Shown piece after piece: positions 1 to 10,334 of a stretch of DNA of 51,612 nt. The position numbers and the translations under genes are program-made. Each line of letters begins with the position of its first letter. Position 1 is the first letter of the stretch. The notes below the pieces were generated by a model, which did no database searches, was not told the DNA's origin, and was given only the letters and a program-made list of their open reading frames with translations. The DNA is from an uncultured Verrucomicrobiota bacterium (GTDB taxonomy: Bacteria > Verrucomicrobiota > Kiritimatiellia > JAAZAB01). The stretch spans positions 1-51,612 of the forward strand of contig CAYQNY010000001.1 of the NCBI GenBank assembly GCA_964418925.1, read 5' to 3'.

Positions 1-1
1 G

Positions 2-154
2 GCCGGGCTCACCGGCAATCGCGAGCTTGCTGTCCTGGCGCTGGCCAACGACCCGGCGGTTCCCAGTCCGGATATTGCCCAAAAAATGGCGGACGAATTT
101 TTTGAGGAATTCCGCCCCTTACTGCCTCAATTCAATGGCCAATGGTCACTCTAA
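2..154 (+). CDS. 3' end of an upstream gene (partial, product unknown)
   Basis: Frame 2 is open from the window edge. It reads AGLTGNRELAVLALANDPAVPSPDIAQKMADEFFEEFRPLLPQFNGQWSL up to TAA at 152-154. Composition is protein-like but I recognise no motif. Confidence 0.35.
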   Translation, partial: AGLTGNRELAVLALANDPAVPSPDIAQKMADEFFEEFRPLLPQFNGQWSL

Positions 155-252
155 GGAGCTGACACAAACTAACCGCTTCAGGCTGGATATGAGCAAGCCT
201 GGTAGTTAATATGTTGAGATTGGCACTGTAAGAACCATCAGGAGAAAGTTGC

Positions 253-1644
253 ATGTCCAAACAAGTTTTATTTTTTTGTTGCGACCAGCTTTTATATAAC
301 GCCTTGGGATATGCCGGTCATGCTATTGTCAAAACACCGAACCTTGATCGACTGGCGTTAAAAAGCACCAATTTTAAGCATGCATTCTCAGCTAATCCCG
401 TGTGCGTGCCGGCCAGAATCTCCATGTTTACCGGCCAGTATTCACATCGTCACGGGCAACAGCATAATTCTACGCCGGTTAGACCGGCGACAGTAATGCT
501 GCCGGATCTGTTGCATGCTGCGAATATTCATAGCGGCGCCATCGGAAAACTGCATATTCTGCCGGTAAAAGAGACCCGTAGATTCGATACGGTACGCTTG
601 CATGATGGCTGGGGGCAGGATTCAGATTATATTAAATACCTGCGGAAAATAAAACCGGAACTGGCTGAATATGAATACTCCGCCCTGCCGGTGGAAAAAG
701 GCCAGGGCGTGCTTTTTGGTAAAGATATTGACACCGGCAAATCTATCGAAGCTCTTATTTACGGACAATCACAAATCCCTGAAGAATACTCTTACACTCG
801 TTGGATGGCGGATGAGACTATTGAATTCCTTGGCGCGCATAGGGCGGCCCCGTTTTTTCTGTTTGTTTCGTTTTGCGGCCCGCACAGTCCATTTATGGTT
901 CCGGCACCGTACGATAAACTCTATGATCCGGATCAAATCCCGTTACCGGCTACCTGTCGGGAGAATCCGGAAAACTTCCCTTTGAGTAAGCAAAGACAGC
1001 AAAGCAAATGGGGCACAAGCTCAATGTCCGATGAACAGATTAAAAAAGTGACGGCTCTTTATTATGGACATATAACGCTGATTGATAAATATATCGGGAA
1101 AATTCTCGATCAGTTGGAAGCAGATAACCGGCTGGATGAGATGATGATAATCTTTTCTGCGGATCACGGGGAACTGCTGGCGAATCATGGCATGTTTTAT
1201 AAAGGCACCATGCATGATGAGGCGTTGAGGGTTCCCCTGCTGATACATATGCCCGGTCAGCAAGCGGGTAAAATATCTGAAACAATGGTTTCCCAGGTGG
1301 ATTTTATGCCGACCATCCTTGATTTTCTTGGATGTGCCATACCGCCTTGGAACCAGGGCCTCAGTATGATGCCGGTGTTGAATGGGGAACAGATGGAATT
1401 GCGCTCAGAAATCTTTGCTGAGAATCATGTCGCGGCAGACACCCCCAGGTTGGGGTATCGAACCAAAGAATGGCTGTTGGCTTATGAAATCAAAAAAGGT
1501 TGTTTCACCGGCGAAGGTGAACTGTACAATTTACAGGCTGACCCTTTACAGATCAATAACCTGTTTAACACGCCTGAATGTCAGGACCAAATCGCCCAAT
1601 TCAAAAACCGGATGTTGCACTGGTTTATCCACACAGCCGAATAA
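253..1644 (+). CDS. Cys-type sulfatase (arylsulfatase family), apparently cytoplasmic
   Basis: 463-aa ORF with ATG preceded by AGGAGA. It carries the formylglycine signature C-V-P-A-R-I-S-M-F-T-G (Cys codon 403-405) and a later FSADHGE block typical of sulfatases. The N-terminus runs straight into the catalytic core, with no signal peptide. Confidence 0.9.
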   Translation: MSKQVLFFCCDQLLYNALGYAGHAIVKTPNLDRLALKSTNFKHAFSANPVCVPARISMFTGQYSHRHGQQHNSTPVRPATVMLPDLLHAANIHSGAIGKLHILPVKETRRFDTVRLHDGWGQDSDYIKYLRKIKPELAEYEYSALPVEKGQGVLFGKDIDTGKSIEALIYGQSQIPEEYSYTRWMADETIEFLGAHRAAPFFLFVSFCGPHSPFMVPAPYDKLYDPDQIPLPATCRENPENFPLSKQRQQSKWGTSSMSDEQIKKVTALYYGHITLIDKYIGKILDQLEADNRLDEMMIIFSADHGELLANHGMFYKGTMHDEALRVPLLIHMPGQQAGKISETMVSQVDFMPTILDFLGCAIPPWNQGLSMMPVLNGEQMELRSEIFAENHVAADTPRLGYRTKEWLLAYEIKKGCFTGEGELYNLQADPLQINNLFNTPECQDQIAQFKNRMLHWFIHTAE

Positions 1645-1744
1645 AGCCCCGGCTGGTTTTACACCCGACGTATTGTAGTTGACCCTTTTGGCCGTGCATT
1701 TGTACGGGATTATTTTGCGTTTTAAATATTAATGGAAAGGAACG

Positions 1745-3823
1745 ATGATGAGTAAACAGACCTACATTTATTCAAAGGCAGAAGATATAACGCTGGGCAA
1801 TGTTAATATGGCAATGAAAATTTGTTGTAAGACCGGCCGGATTTTAAAACTTACCCATCTCAAGAAACACTTTGATTGGAATACACATCTTGGAGATATT
1901 GAAATTTATGACGGTCTTGCCGATAAGCATTTCAGCGGGGCCGAAAGTCCGGCGGCAACGACAGTTAAGATTAAACGCGGGGATGCACCTTCGGTCACCA
2001 TTTGGCGTCGTTTCCGCGGCGCAGATTTTTCCGTTAAAGAGATGTTTCAGGCAGTGGAAGATTGTATCTACTGGAACGTAGAACTTTACCTTGGCGCCGG
2101 CAAACGGGACAGAAGCGTTGAGATACGCCAACTCGTTCCTTATCCGACCGCGCCCTGGGGATGGAAGGCGTGGTCGGCGAATTTCAACTTCCCGGCCTAT
2201 ACTCACAACATTGCAGGTTTTCATCTTGAGTACGGCGACATCTGCTTTGGTACGGTAATCCCGGCTGTAGCCGTGTATCATCCGCATAAGGACGTCGGGC
2301 TTGCGATTGCCAAGCCCTTCGGGCAGATTAATCCACAATTGCGTTTTCACTTCACTGACTACCATAGTGCAGGTATTTATGTTGAAAACAACCTGCTTGG
2401 ACTGCGGCGCAGGCAACCGGTTAAATCCAGCATTATGCTACGTTTTCATGAAGGGTGCTTCCGACCGACATTGGCTTGGCTCTTTAAAAGATATCCCCAA
2501 TATTTTTTACCAGGCAATCCAGCTGTCAAACAGTATGAGGGCGGCAGTATGTTCGGCCCTCCGCACGTCAGCAAGAAGGATGCCGACAAAATGGCAAAAG
2601 TCGGCCTGAAATGGTACGAAATACATCATAGCATGCCGTATTACGGCCAATACTGTCCCGACGAAAAAGAATGGTTTGACGGGTCAGATCCTTCTCGAAA
2701 AATGGATTACGGCAAGCCTATCAGCAGGAAAGTAATTAATGCTTGTGGCAAAACACTGGCTAAACGCGGGATTGCGAGCCTGCTTTATTTTCAGGTAACA
2801 GGTGATGCCTATCTTCCCCGCTGGCCTCAAAAATGGAAATCGTCACTGGCACGCGATATGAACGGCCATCTCTTTCCGAGTATTACGGATGGCGCGTTTG
2901 TCAACTCGGACCCTTCATTGCCGTTCGGCAAGGAAATGCAGCGCCAGGTAAAAGGTGTTCTTGAGCGCTATCCTGACATCACCGGTATCTTTTTAGATCA
3001 GGCCTGTTATAACTGTACCGACTGTGCTCACGATGACGGCATAACCATGTATAGGAACAAATCCGCCTATCGCCTGCGGTACAATTATGCTAAGCACCTG
3101 CCGGCACTCGTTGAAGGGTTACACAAACGCGGTAAGATTATTTATGTAAACGGCACCTATGATATCGAATTAGGCCGGGGTATTGACGGTAATATGGCGG
3201 AAAGCACCGCCGTGAATGTCGCCACCATGAAATACATGCATATTGCCAAGCCGATTCTTTTCTTCGGGTACTGTAAAGATGCCGATGATGTCGAGTATAT
3301 GCTGCAGAACTGCCTGCTGGCGGGAGCATCCTGGTCATACTGGGTGACAACTGCAGATGGCTGGTTCGTCAAAAATGATTTTACGGCCGAGCAGAAAAAG
3401 GTCTATGCCCGGTATTTGCCACTCTGCAAAAAACTTCTCGGAAGAAGCATTCTTCTGGAGCCGAATCCATTGAGTTTATTGAGCAGTCCCAACGCTTTTG
3501 AAGCCGAGGATGCTAAGGAAACTACCATTGGGGAGGGTGAGAGCGCCGCGGTGACCGGCGAAATATTTGTCGGTGCAACCGGTGATATCCTCATATCCCT
3601 TATCACCCGCAGGAAAAAATGTTTTGATACCTCCAATCTTACACAGAACTTGCATCTCGTTGTTCGGACCAGGCGCATGCAAGCTGTCCGCCGGGCATAC
3701 GTGCTTGGCGCTGACTATACCGGGGCCAAACCGGTTAAAATAAAACGTAAAGACAAGGAGCTCATTCTAACGCTTCCCGTGCATGGCGCAGCAAGCTTGG
3801 TAGTACTCAAAACGAAGCCATGA
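1745..3823 (+). CDS. hypothetical protein, possible glycan-active enzyme (family not recognised)
   Basis: 692-aa uninterrupted ORF with a GGAAAGGAA ribosome-binding site. It lies between the sulfatase and the GH116-like gene on the same strand. It has no signal peptide and no motif I can assign. Confidence 0.6.
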   Translation: MMSKQTYIYSKAEDITLGNVNMAMKICCKTGRILKLTHLKKHFDWNTHLGDIEIYDGLADKHFSGAESPAATTVKIKRGDAPSVTIWRRFRGADFSVKEMFQAVEDCIYWNVELYLGAGKRDRSVEIRQLVPYPTAPWGWKAWSANFNFPAYTHNIAGFHLEYGDICFGTVIPAVAVYHPHKDVGLAIAKPFGQINPQLRFHFTDYHSAGIYVENNLLGLRRRQPVKSSIMLRFHEGCFRPTLAWLFKRYPQYFLPGNPAVKQYEGGSMFGPPHVSKKDADKMAKVGLKWYEIHHSMPYYGQYCPDEKEWFDGSDPSRKMDYGKPISRKVINACGKTLAKRGIASLLYFQVTGDAYLPRWPQKWKSSLARDMNGHLFPSITDGAFVNSDPSLPFGKEMQRQVKGVLERYPDITGIFLDQACYNCTDCAHDDGITMYRNKSAYRLRYNYAKHLPALVEGLHKRGKIIYVNGTYDIELGRGIDGNMAESTAVNVATMKYMHIAKPILFFGYCKDADDVEYMLQNCLLAGASWSYWVTTADGWFVKNDFTAEQKKVYARYLPLCKKLLGRSILLEPNPLSLLSSPNAFEAEDAKETTIGEGESAAVTGEIFVGATGDILISLITRRKKCFDTSNLTQNLHLVVRTRRMQAVRRAYVLGADYTGAKPVKIKRKDKELILTLPVHGAASLVVLKTKP

Positions 3824-3923
3824 AAATAACCGTATTTTATGCAGGGAATTCAGTTAATATTCAGGCAGCCTTGGTATAAGGTTGCTTGGATAGCAACGCG
3901 TGAAAAAGGAAGAGTGACAGCAG

Positions 3924-6900
3924 ATGCATTGCAGGCAGGGTAATCTTTACTGGATTGAGGCGGAGGATTTTGCGCGCTCAAATTTCGCGGAAAGAGCGGC
4001 TGGGGATCAGCCGGCCAGGTTTGTCATGTCGGCGGCGGCGGCCAGCGGCGGACAACTGGTGGTGTCTTTTCAGAAACCGGATTTTTACCTTGAGTATGAA
4101 TTCAGGGAGGATCGCGATGGTTTCTGGGACTACCAGGTCTGGTTGCGTTATGCCACCACCTGTCCTTCTTCCCGACTGGTCACCACCCTGAATCGCTCGG
4201 AAGTCGGCAACAGTATCCTCCCGGAGACCGACGATTTTTTCCAGAAATTTCGTTGGGAGAAGATCGCGGTCATCCGGGTTCCCAAAGGCCATCATACGCT
4301 GAGTTTGATATTAAAAACCGGGGTTGTTCATCCGGATGTTATTATCCTGACACCGGAAGATACGCTGATTACATCGGGAGCGATTGAGACCAATATCAGC
4401 AACAATGTCCGGGAAATTCCCGTCTCCATAGAACCGGTAACTCGCGATCGTCTCTGGCTTCAGCATCACCGCAATGGCGTTCCCCTGGGCGGACTGGGCA
4501 CGGGTAAAATAGAGTGGTGCCAGGACGGAGGGTTTGCTAATTGCAGTATCAACAACAACCAGGATGCCCCCCTTGCGACCTTGCCGGGAACCTTTTTTAT
4601 TTACCGCGAACATGTTAAGGGCTCACCGGTGCTCGTCCGTATCCTTGAACATACCGGCCGCGCCCTGCCGGAAATCGCATCCATTCACTACCAGGGTCTC
4701 TACCCGTTCGTCCGGATTAACTATGCCGATCCAGTGCTCCAGGGACAACTGGCCGCCGAAGCGTTTTCGCCGCTGATTCCCGGCCAAGTCGATGATTCCT
4801 CGTTGCCGGCGGCTCTCTTCACATTCACGGTCGCCAATCCAGGAGATCAGCCGATCAATGCCGCCGTTGGATTTTCATTGGAAAACGTGATCGGCTGTGG
4901 CGGCCTGGGCGGCAAGCCTGAATGGGGACCGGGCACGGCGCTGCGCGTGGACGGTGAACCATTCTGGGCATGGAATAACCGGACCGGCAACGATCAGCAA
5001 CCCATTCAACTTAGTCATGGGCAAGGGCTTCATTTTGCGACCCATTCCCGTCATGATTATGATTCAAGCGATGGAGAATATGTCGTCGCTTGCGCCGCGT
5101 TGCCCCGGGTCAACGTGGCCTTGACCCGTTCGTATAACGTGGAAACGGATCTACCGCTTTTATCCGCCCGTTTGAATACTGAAATACCCCCTGAATTGCT
5201 GACACTCCCCGGCACGGAGGGACAGATTCATCCTGCCGGCATTGTCTGGGGGCAAACCGATTTGAATCCGGGCGAATCCCGCGTAATAGTCTTCTGCCTG
5301 AGCTGGTTTTTTCCTATTTTAAGAGACCGATATGGCCGGGATCATTCGGTTTATTATATGACCCGGTTTAATTCCGCGGCGGCGGTCGCCGATTACGCCC
5401 TGGCAAAACGGCAACCATTTGCCCGTGACTCGTTTCAGGTGCAGGACCGGATCATGCGGTCCAGTCTCCCCGAATGGTTATCCCGTAAAATCATCAATGA
5501 TCTCTTTCCGTTAACCACCTGCTCCTGGTTTGATAAGGCCGGTCAATTTTCCATCAACGAGGCCCCCTCGATGATGCATGGATGTTTGGGAACTATTGAT
5601 CAGCGTACCGCTTCGCAGGGAGTTTATACGGCGCTTTTCCCGGAACTGGACAAAAATGAACTCTCCCTGTTTGCCGATTTTCAGCATGCATGCGGCATGA
5701 TACCCCATGATCTCGGGCATGGCGGCATTGATCGTTCCCATGCCGGATATATTGTGTGGCCGGACTTGGTCTGTGCCTTTATCATTGAGACCTTGCGCTA
5801 TATGCACGCCACCGGCGACCGGCAGTTCATCCAATCCATTTACCCGCGGGTTACCAAGGCAATCAACTGGGTTATGACTCTGGATGATGACGGGGATGGG
5901 ATTCCAGACATGCGAACCGGGCGCGGCAATACTTATGACAACCGCGAATGGCCGGGTTGTTCCTCATTCATGGGCAGTCTCTGGATCGCCGCTCTGCATG
6001 CGGCGGCGGATATGGCCCGGCTGGCGGCTCATGCCCAAGATGCTGCCCGATTCGTTCAACTCGCGAAAAATGCGGCCGACTCAATGCATGCCAAATTATG
6101 GAATGGACGGTTTTACGACAATTTCAAAGGTGACAATCCCTCCCGTCCCGATGCTAAAAACTGCCTTCTACCCCAGGTAGCCGGCGAGTGGGCGCTTGAT
6201 CTCCTTGATTTGCCGCGCGGACTTCCCGAGGATAAAGTGCGCTCGGCCCTGTTGGCCGTCTTTGAGCGGAATATTACCGGGCTGAACAGGATATTCAAAG
6301 GTCCAACGGATGAAACCACGCCGGAGGGGGATCCGGCCTGGACGGGCACCGCTTTTCTTCAATACTCATGGTTGTATTTCGGCGCGCTGGCTGCCTATCG
6401 CGGGTTGACGGATGAAGCCGCTTTCTGTTGGAAACAAAGTTATGACATGGCGTGGGAAATTAATCGGCAACCCTGGAAAACCCGCCTGTGCGGGTTCGCG
6501 CTTTCCGGAAAATTCAACGGTTTACCCTGGTACATGACCAATACGGCTTCCTGGGACATATTGAATGCGCTCAGCGGTTTTGCTTATTCCCTGCTGGACG
6601 GATGGATCAGAATAGACCCGCATGTACCGTCAACATGGTTTGATAAAAAGAATGGCGCCTCGGAATTTTCAATGCCGTTGTTCGGCAATGGGTTCTGGCT
6701 CTGGCTGGAATATCAGGAAATGCCGGGCAGAAAATTGTTCAGAATAAGCCGGGATATGGTCTGCCATCCCCAAACTGTTTTCAGAACCTTACGGGCCTGT
6801 ATGCCGGCAAACGTTGCGGTAAATAAGGTTGCAGTCAATAACCGTTTGATCCGGAACTACAGGTATGAAAAAGCTACCGGCCGGTTAACCATAAAGATTC

Positions 6901-6959
6901 CGGGCGGTTACGGTACGAACAGTGAATTACTGGCGGAAATAGATTACAGCCTTGAGTGA
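3924..6959 (+). CDS. GH116-like (GBA2-type) beta-glycosidase with an N-terminal carbohydrate-binding-like module
   Basis: 1011 aa. Residues 1-160 look like a CBM-type beta-sandwich (YWIEAEDF...). Next comes NGVPLGGLGTGKIEW, characteristic of the GBA2/GH116 N-terminal domain, then NTYDNREWPGCSSFMGSLWIAAL in the (alpha/alpha)6 region. No signal peptide. Confidence 0.75.
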   Translation: MHCRQGNLYWIEAEDFARSNFAERAAGDQPARFVMSAAAASGGQLVVSFQKPDFYLEYEFREDRDGFWDYQVWLRYATTCPSSRLVTTLNRSEVGNSILPETDDFFQKFRWEKIAVIRVPKGHHTLSLILKTGVVHPDVIILTPEDTLITSGAIETNISNNVREIPVSIEPVTRDRLWLQHHRNGVPLGGLGTGKIEWCQDGGFANCSINNNQDAPLATLPGTFFIYREHVKGSPVLVRILEHTGRALPEIASIHYQGLYPFVRINYADPVLQGQLAAEAFSPLIPGQVDDSSLPAALFTFTVANPGDQPINAAVGFSLENVIGCGGLGGKPEWGPGTALRVDGEPFWAWNNRTGNDQQPIQLSHGQGLHFATHSRHDYDSSDGEYVVACAALPRVNVALTRSYNVETDLPLLSARLNTEIPPELLTLPGTEGQIHPAGIVWGQTDLNPGESRVIVFCLSWFFPILRDRYGRDHSVYYMTRFNSAAAVADYALAKRQPFARDSFQVQDRIMRSSLPEWLSRKIINDLFPLTTCSWFDKAGQFSINEAPSMMHGCLGTIDQRTASQGVYTALFPELDKNELSLFADFQHACGMIPHDLGHGGIDRSHAGYIVWPDLVCAFIIETLRYMHATGDRQFIQSIYPRVTKAINWVMTLDDDGDGIPDMRTGRGNTYDNREWPGCSSFMGSLWIAALHAAADMARLAAHAQDAARFVQLAKNAADSMHAKLWNGRFYDNFKGDNPSRPDAKNCLLPQVAGEWALDLLDLPRGLPEDKVRSALLAVFERNITGLNRIFKGPTDETTPEGDPAWTGTAFLQYSWLYFGALAAYRGLTDEAAFCWKQSYDMAWEINRQPWKTRLCGFALSGKFNGLPWYMTNTASWDILNALSGFAYSLLDGWIRIDPHVPSTWFDKKNGASEFSMPLFGNGFWLWLEYQEMPGRKLFRISRDMVCHPQTVFRTLRACMPANVAVNKVAVNNRLIRNYRYEKATGRLTIKIPGGYGTNSELLAEIDYSLE

Positions 6960-7021
6960 GAGCCCTGGGGGTCAAACCAAAGATTAACAGGCAAATCGGG
7001 TGCAACTGTTTTTGATACGGC

Positions 7022-10000
7022 CTAGCTCATGACGACCAGCTCGGGCGCCTGCATCAGGCCGCATGGCACCAGTTGATAGCCGTCTATCCAGTCTGGGGAT
7101 ATATACTGACCCGGGCCTGTCCAGAGTGGCCACTTTTCGCCGATATGATGGGGCCCATGGGAATTGCGCCGATGGCTGATCACCTCGATTGATAGAGTAC
7201 ATTTGCCGGCGGGCAGCAGGTCGGTGACGTCAACTTCGTTCGGCGCCCATGCCACGATTCCCGCGATGTTGCCGTCAATGCAGACTCGTAGTGCGGTGCC
7301 GCGATAGTCGGGGACCCGCACGATCAGGCGTTGCCCCTTCTTCAGCCTGGGGTTGATGATGTGGTCGTAGGTCACAGATCCACTGTAGAACGCCAGTCCT
7401 TGTTTTACCCAATCACCGAGCTTCAATTTTGCGGGCAGCTTGGTCAAGGTGATCTTGGTATTGTCCACCCTGGTTCCAAAATTACCCAACAGGTAGACTA
7501 TTTCCAGGCCCGGATGTGACTCGGTGTAGTCGCACGTTAGTTCCAGCTTGTTAGGGCCTGGTTTAAGCAGGGCATGGTCTATGGGCACGGTTATGAGGGA
7601 GCGATCAACCCACCATCCCGACTGGGCGTCCATACTCACCGGCGTGTCGTTTAACTTTATGGCGAAGGTTGCGGGTTCTTCGAGCGCGAGTTGTAGCGGC
7701 CCGGTCGGCAGATCGGCCACGTCGAAAGTATACTGCAGGGCAACTATGGTAGAGCTGACTTGCTTCGGCTTGGGCCTGGCCCATGGCTGTACCATTGCCC
7801 CGCCGCGCGGGGGGATCCCGAGCGATTTTCTTACCAGGGTATCCACACGCAGAATCTCATCGGCCTTCTGCCAGCCATTGGCGCCAATCCTGTAGCGCGG
7901 TCGATCCAAGACCAGGCAATTTTGCTCAGACAGGCGGAAGTCCCACTGCGCTGTTGCTAGTGACTGTGTCCTTACCTGTTTTAGCTTCTTTCTCCTGGGG
8001 TAGCTGGCTCTGCTTTTTTTCTTGTTAAGCACGAATAACCGGCTGCCAATAGTGTCCAGGCTGGATTGAATCTGCCAACCGGTCCCGGTTCGTTTCCCAT
8101 TGGCCGCCAGTATCTCGCCCGTGTCAGGCACAAATTCCTGGATATTACCGGAGCCCGGTACGAACACCCCGATATGGACCTCCGGGAAGACCAGTTGACG
8201 GTCCCTGACCATGGGATCAACGTTCCGTTTACCGAAGTTGTTGTGTCCGGTGTTGCAGATGAAGAGGTAATAGGCGTCGGTATCCTCCCGGAGACAATAG
8301 AGAGCTGGTTTTATCTGCCGCCCGTTCCCGTCGGTGATGGAGACGCGCCGGGATGATGGCTCCAGGGCCTTGGCCAGACGTGGCAAGGTCGTCGTGATGC
8401 ACTGTGCCGCCAGGTTCCCCACAGCCTCGGAAGGCAAGGCATCAACGTGATCGGCCACCTCACCGGCGAATACTACCGTTCCGCCGGCCTGGTGGAATCG
8501 TCTGAGCAGAGCGAGGGTTGATTGCCGCATTGTGCGCATTGCCGGGACCAGCACCGCTTTATATTCCGCCTTGCCGACCACGCAAATCGGCGTCGCCCCA
8601 CTGGTCTTGATCCTGGCGTGACGTGCAAGGATATCTTCATCACCGTAGTCGAAGTCGAGATTGGCGGCCAGGAGAGCGTCACGTGTGCGCCAGAAAGAGT
8701 TGTTGATCGCGAGTACTTCTTGGCTGTTGCCCAGGTGGAAGGCGCTCCACTCGCTCTCCAGGGGATGGATGACCAGTATATCCCGGATCTCCTGCCCCCT
8801 GCTCATCAATACGTGGATTCGGGCGAAATAGTCTTCAACCTTGGGATAGGCTTCCCACCAGGGTGATTGATAGAATATCCCGGCAGGGTAGTCACGCTTG
8901 GCTTCGCCCTGCATGGTATACCAGGCGAGGTGTTGGGCGCGCAGATTGATGCCCAGGGCGGTCTGCCAGTCGCCCAGGGCCTTGTGGCCGGCGAAGTTGA
9001 AGTCCCATCCGGTACAACCGTAGGTTTCAGTCAGCCGCCAGCGGCGACCGAATTGGCGGGCGGCGGAGCTGACTTGCTTGGCGGTGTCGTATTCCCGGTT
9101 ATGCTCGGTGAGCAGGTCCATTCCCGGGGCTTGCATGTGTTCATAAAACCGCATACAGCTTCCCACCATCTGTGTCTGGCTGGAGAGTGTGGCCTCGGCG
9201 AGAACGTGTCCGGTAAATTCCATCTTGTTCTGGGCGCACCATTCGCCGATCTGCCGTCCAAAGGCATCGACAAAGAGGAAGGTAGTGCAGTCGTGGTAAT
9301 GCAAGCGCGCCGGGGTCATCTTCTGCCCGTCCACATTCAGGAACACTTCGACAATATGGGGCAGGATGTCATATCCGTAACGCTGCTTGAATATGGCCGG
9401 CAGCTTGTCAGTCCAGGGAATGTTAACGTCCTGCGTGCCTGCTCCCGACCACATGACTCTTTCTTTTTCAACAAAGGATCCGTGGTGGCATCCATAGTTG
9501 GGCTCGTCCGTGAAGATGCCGGGCACGCTCTTGCCGAAAGCTTCCTTGATCTCCCGGCGGTATGCCTTATGCGTGACTGCTATGAATTTCCGTACCGCTG
9601 CATGGTTCATCGTGTCCAGATAGGTATAGCCATTGTACCAGGAAGAGCATTGGGCCAGTTGAACATGGCAGGAGAGGATGGTCTGGCCTGGCGACAGCCT
9701 GGCAGGCCTTTGCCCCTGAGGGATTCGCTTAACCTCTGTCGCATTGCCTCCCTGGATGTCTGCGGTGAAGGCGATTAAGGTGTCTGGGTCCCATTTGAAT
9801 GAGCGGGGTGTGCGGTGGCGGCGCATGATCAGGGAACGGGACCGGTACTTGGGGTTCCTGGTTACCAGGCCGCCGGCTGCGCCGGAAGGCCAACGATCCT
9901 CATCGTAGAGCCAGGCCCTCATATTGAGTTTCCTGGCCTCGTCGACGCATGCCTTGACGCAGTCCATCCACTCGTTCGACATGTAGGCGGTAGCCAGTCC

Positions 10001-10162
10001 TACCCGGCTGTGCATAAAGAAACCACCCAGGCCCATGCGGTGCATCACGCGGATCTGGCGCCGCAGTTCTTCCGGTTCCAGCTTGCCGTTCCACGCCCAG
10101 AAGGGCGCCCCGCGGTACTCACTGCCGGGGTGCTTGAACTCGCTGATTAGTTTGCTATTCAT
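7022..10162 (-). CDS. large glycoside-hydrolase-like protein (GH106-like / 'GH2 sugar-binding'-type architecture)
   Basis: 1046 aa. The N-terminal motif YRGAPFWAWNGKL...MGLGGFFMHSRVGL and the C-terminal GDWVKQGLAFYSGSVTY jelly-roll-type motif resemble those of large Bacteroidota/PVC glycosidases. The exact family is uncertain. No signal peptide. Confidence 0.7.
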   Translation of the reverse strand: MNSKLISEFKHPGSEYRGAPFWAWNGKLEPEELRRQIRVMHRMGLGGFFMHSRVGLATAYMSNEWMDCVKACVDEARKLNMRAWLYDEDRWPSGAAGGLVTRNPKYRSRSLIMRRHRTPRSFKWDPDTLIAFTADIQGGNATEVKRIPQGQRPARLSPGQTILSCHVQLAQCSSWYNGYTYLDTMNHAAVRKFIAVTHKAYRREIKEAFGKSVPGIFTDEPNYGCHHGSFVEKERVMWSGAGTQDVNIPWTDKLPAIFKQRYGYDILPHIVEVFLNVDGQKMTPARLHYHDCTTFLFVDAFGRQIGEWCAQNKMEFTGHVLAEATLSSQTQMVGSCMRFYEHMQAPGMDLLTEHNREYDTAKQVSSAARQFGRRWRLTETYGCTGWDFNFAGHKALGDWQTALGINLRAQHLAWYTMQGEAKRDYPAGIFYQSPWWEAYPKVEDYFARIHVLMSRGQEIRDILVIHPLESEWSAFHLGNSQEVLAINNSFWRTRDALLAANLDFDYGDEDILARHARIKTSGATPICVVGKAEYKAVLVPAMRTMRQSTLALLRRFHQAGGTVVFAGEVADHVDALPSEAVGNLAAQCITTTLPRLAKALEPSSRRVSITDGNGRQIKPALYCLREDTDAYYLFICNTGHNNFGKRNVDPMVRDRQLVFPEVHIGVFVPGSGNIQEFVPDTGEILAANGKRTGTGWQIQSSLDTIGSRLFVLNKKKSRASYPRRKKLKQVRTQSLATAQWDFRLSEQNCLVLDRPRYRIGANGWQKADEILRVDTLVRKSLGIPPRGGAMVQPWARPKPKQVSSTIVALQYTFDVADLPTGPLQLALEEPATFAIKLNDTPVSMDAQSGWWVDRSLITVPIDHALLKPGPNKLELTCDYTESHPGLEIVYLLGNFGTRVDNTKITLTKLPAKLKLGDWVKQGLAFYSGSVTYDHIINPRLKKGQRLIVRVPDYRGTALRVCIDGNIAGIVAWAPNEVDVTDLLPAGKCTLSIEVISHRRNSHGPHHIGEKWPLWTGPGQYISPDWIDGYQLVPCGLMQAPELVVMS

Positions 10163-10334
10163 GGTCTATGTCCTTGATTCAGGTTGTGTTCGAATGAAGG
10201 AATGCTAGACGGTGAGCCAGGAGAGTGCAAGGATTGAGTCACACAGCGGTAAGGTAGGATGCATTGGAAGAAGACCATGGATTAGACCGGGGAACTATGC
10301 TAGTTTATCGGGCAGATAAGGAGAGGAGGCCATC

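Noticed and set aside
8867-9778. Long ORFs antisense to well-supported genes. Examples: 8867-9778(+), 28683-29567(-), 11521-12240(-), 17504-18232(+), 43069-43794(+), 45460-46164(-), 23388-24062(-), 10365-11057(-).
   Set aside because: Each lies entirely or mostly opposite a gene with clear family motifs. Their translations are Arg/Gly/Pro/Ala-rich with no motifs, which is typical of stop-codon-poor antisense frames in GC-rich DNA.
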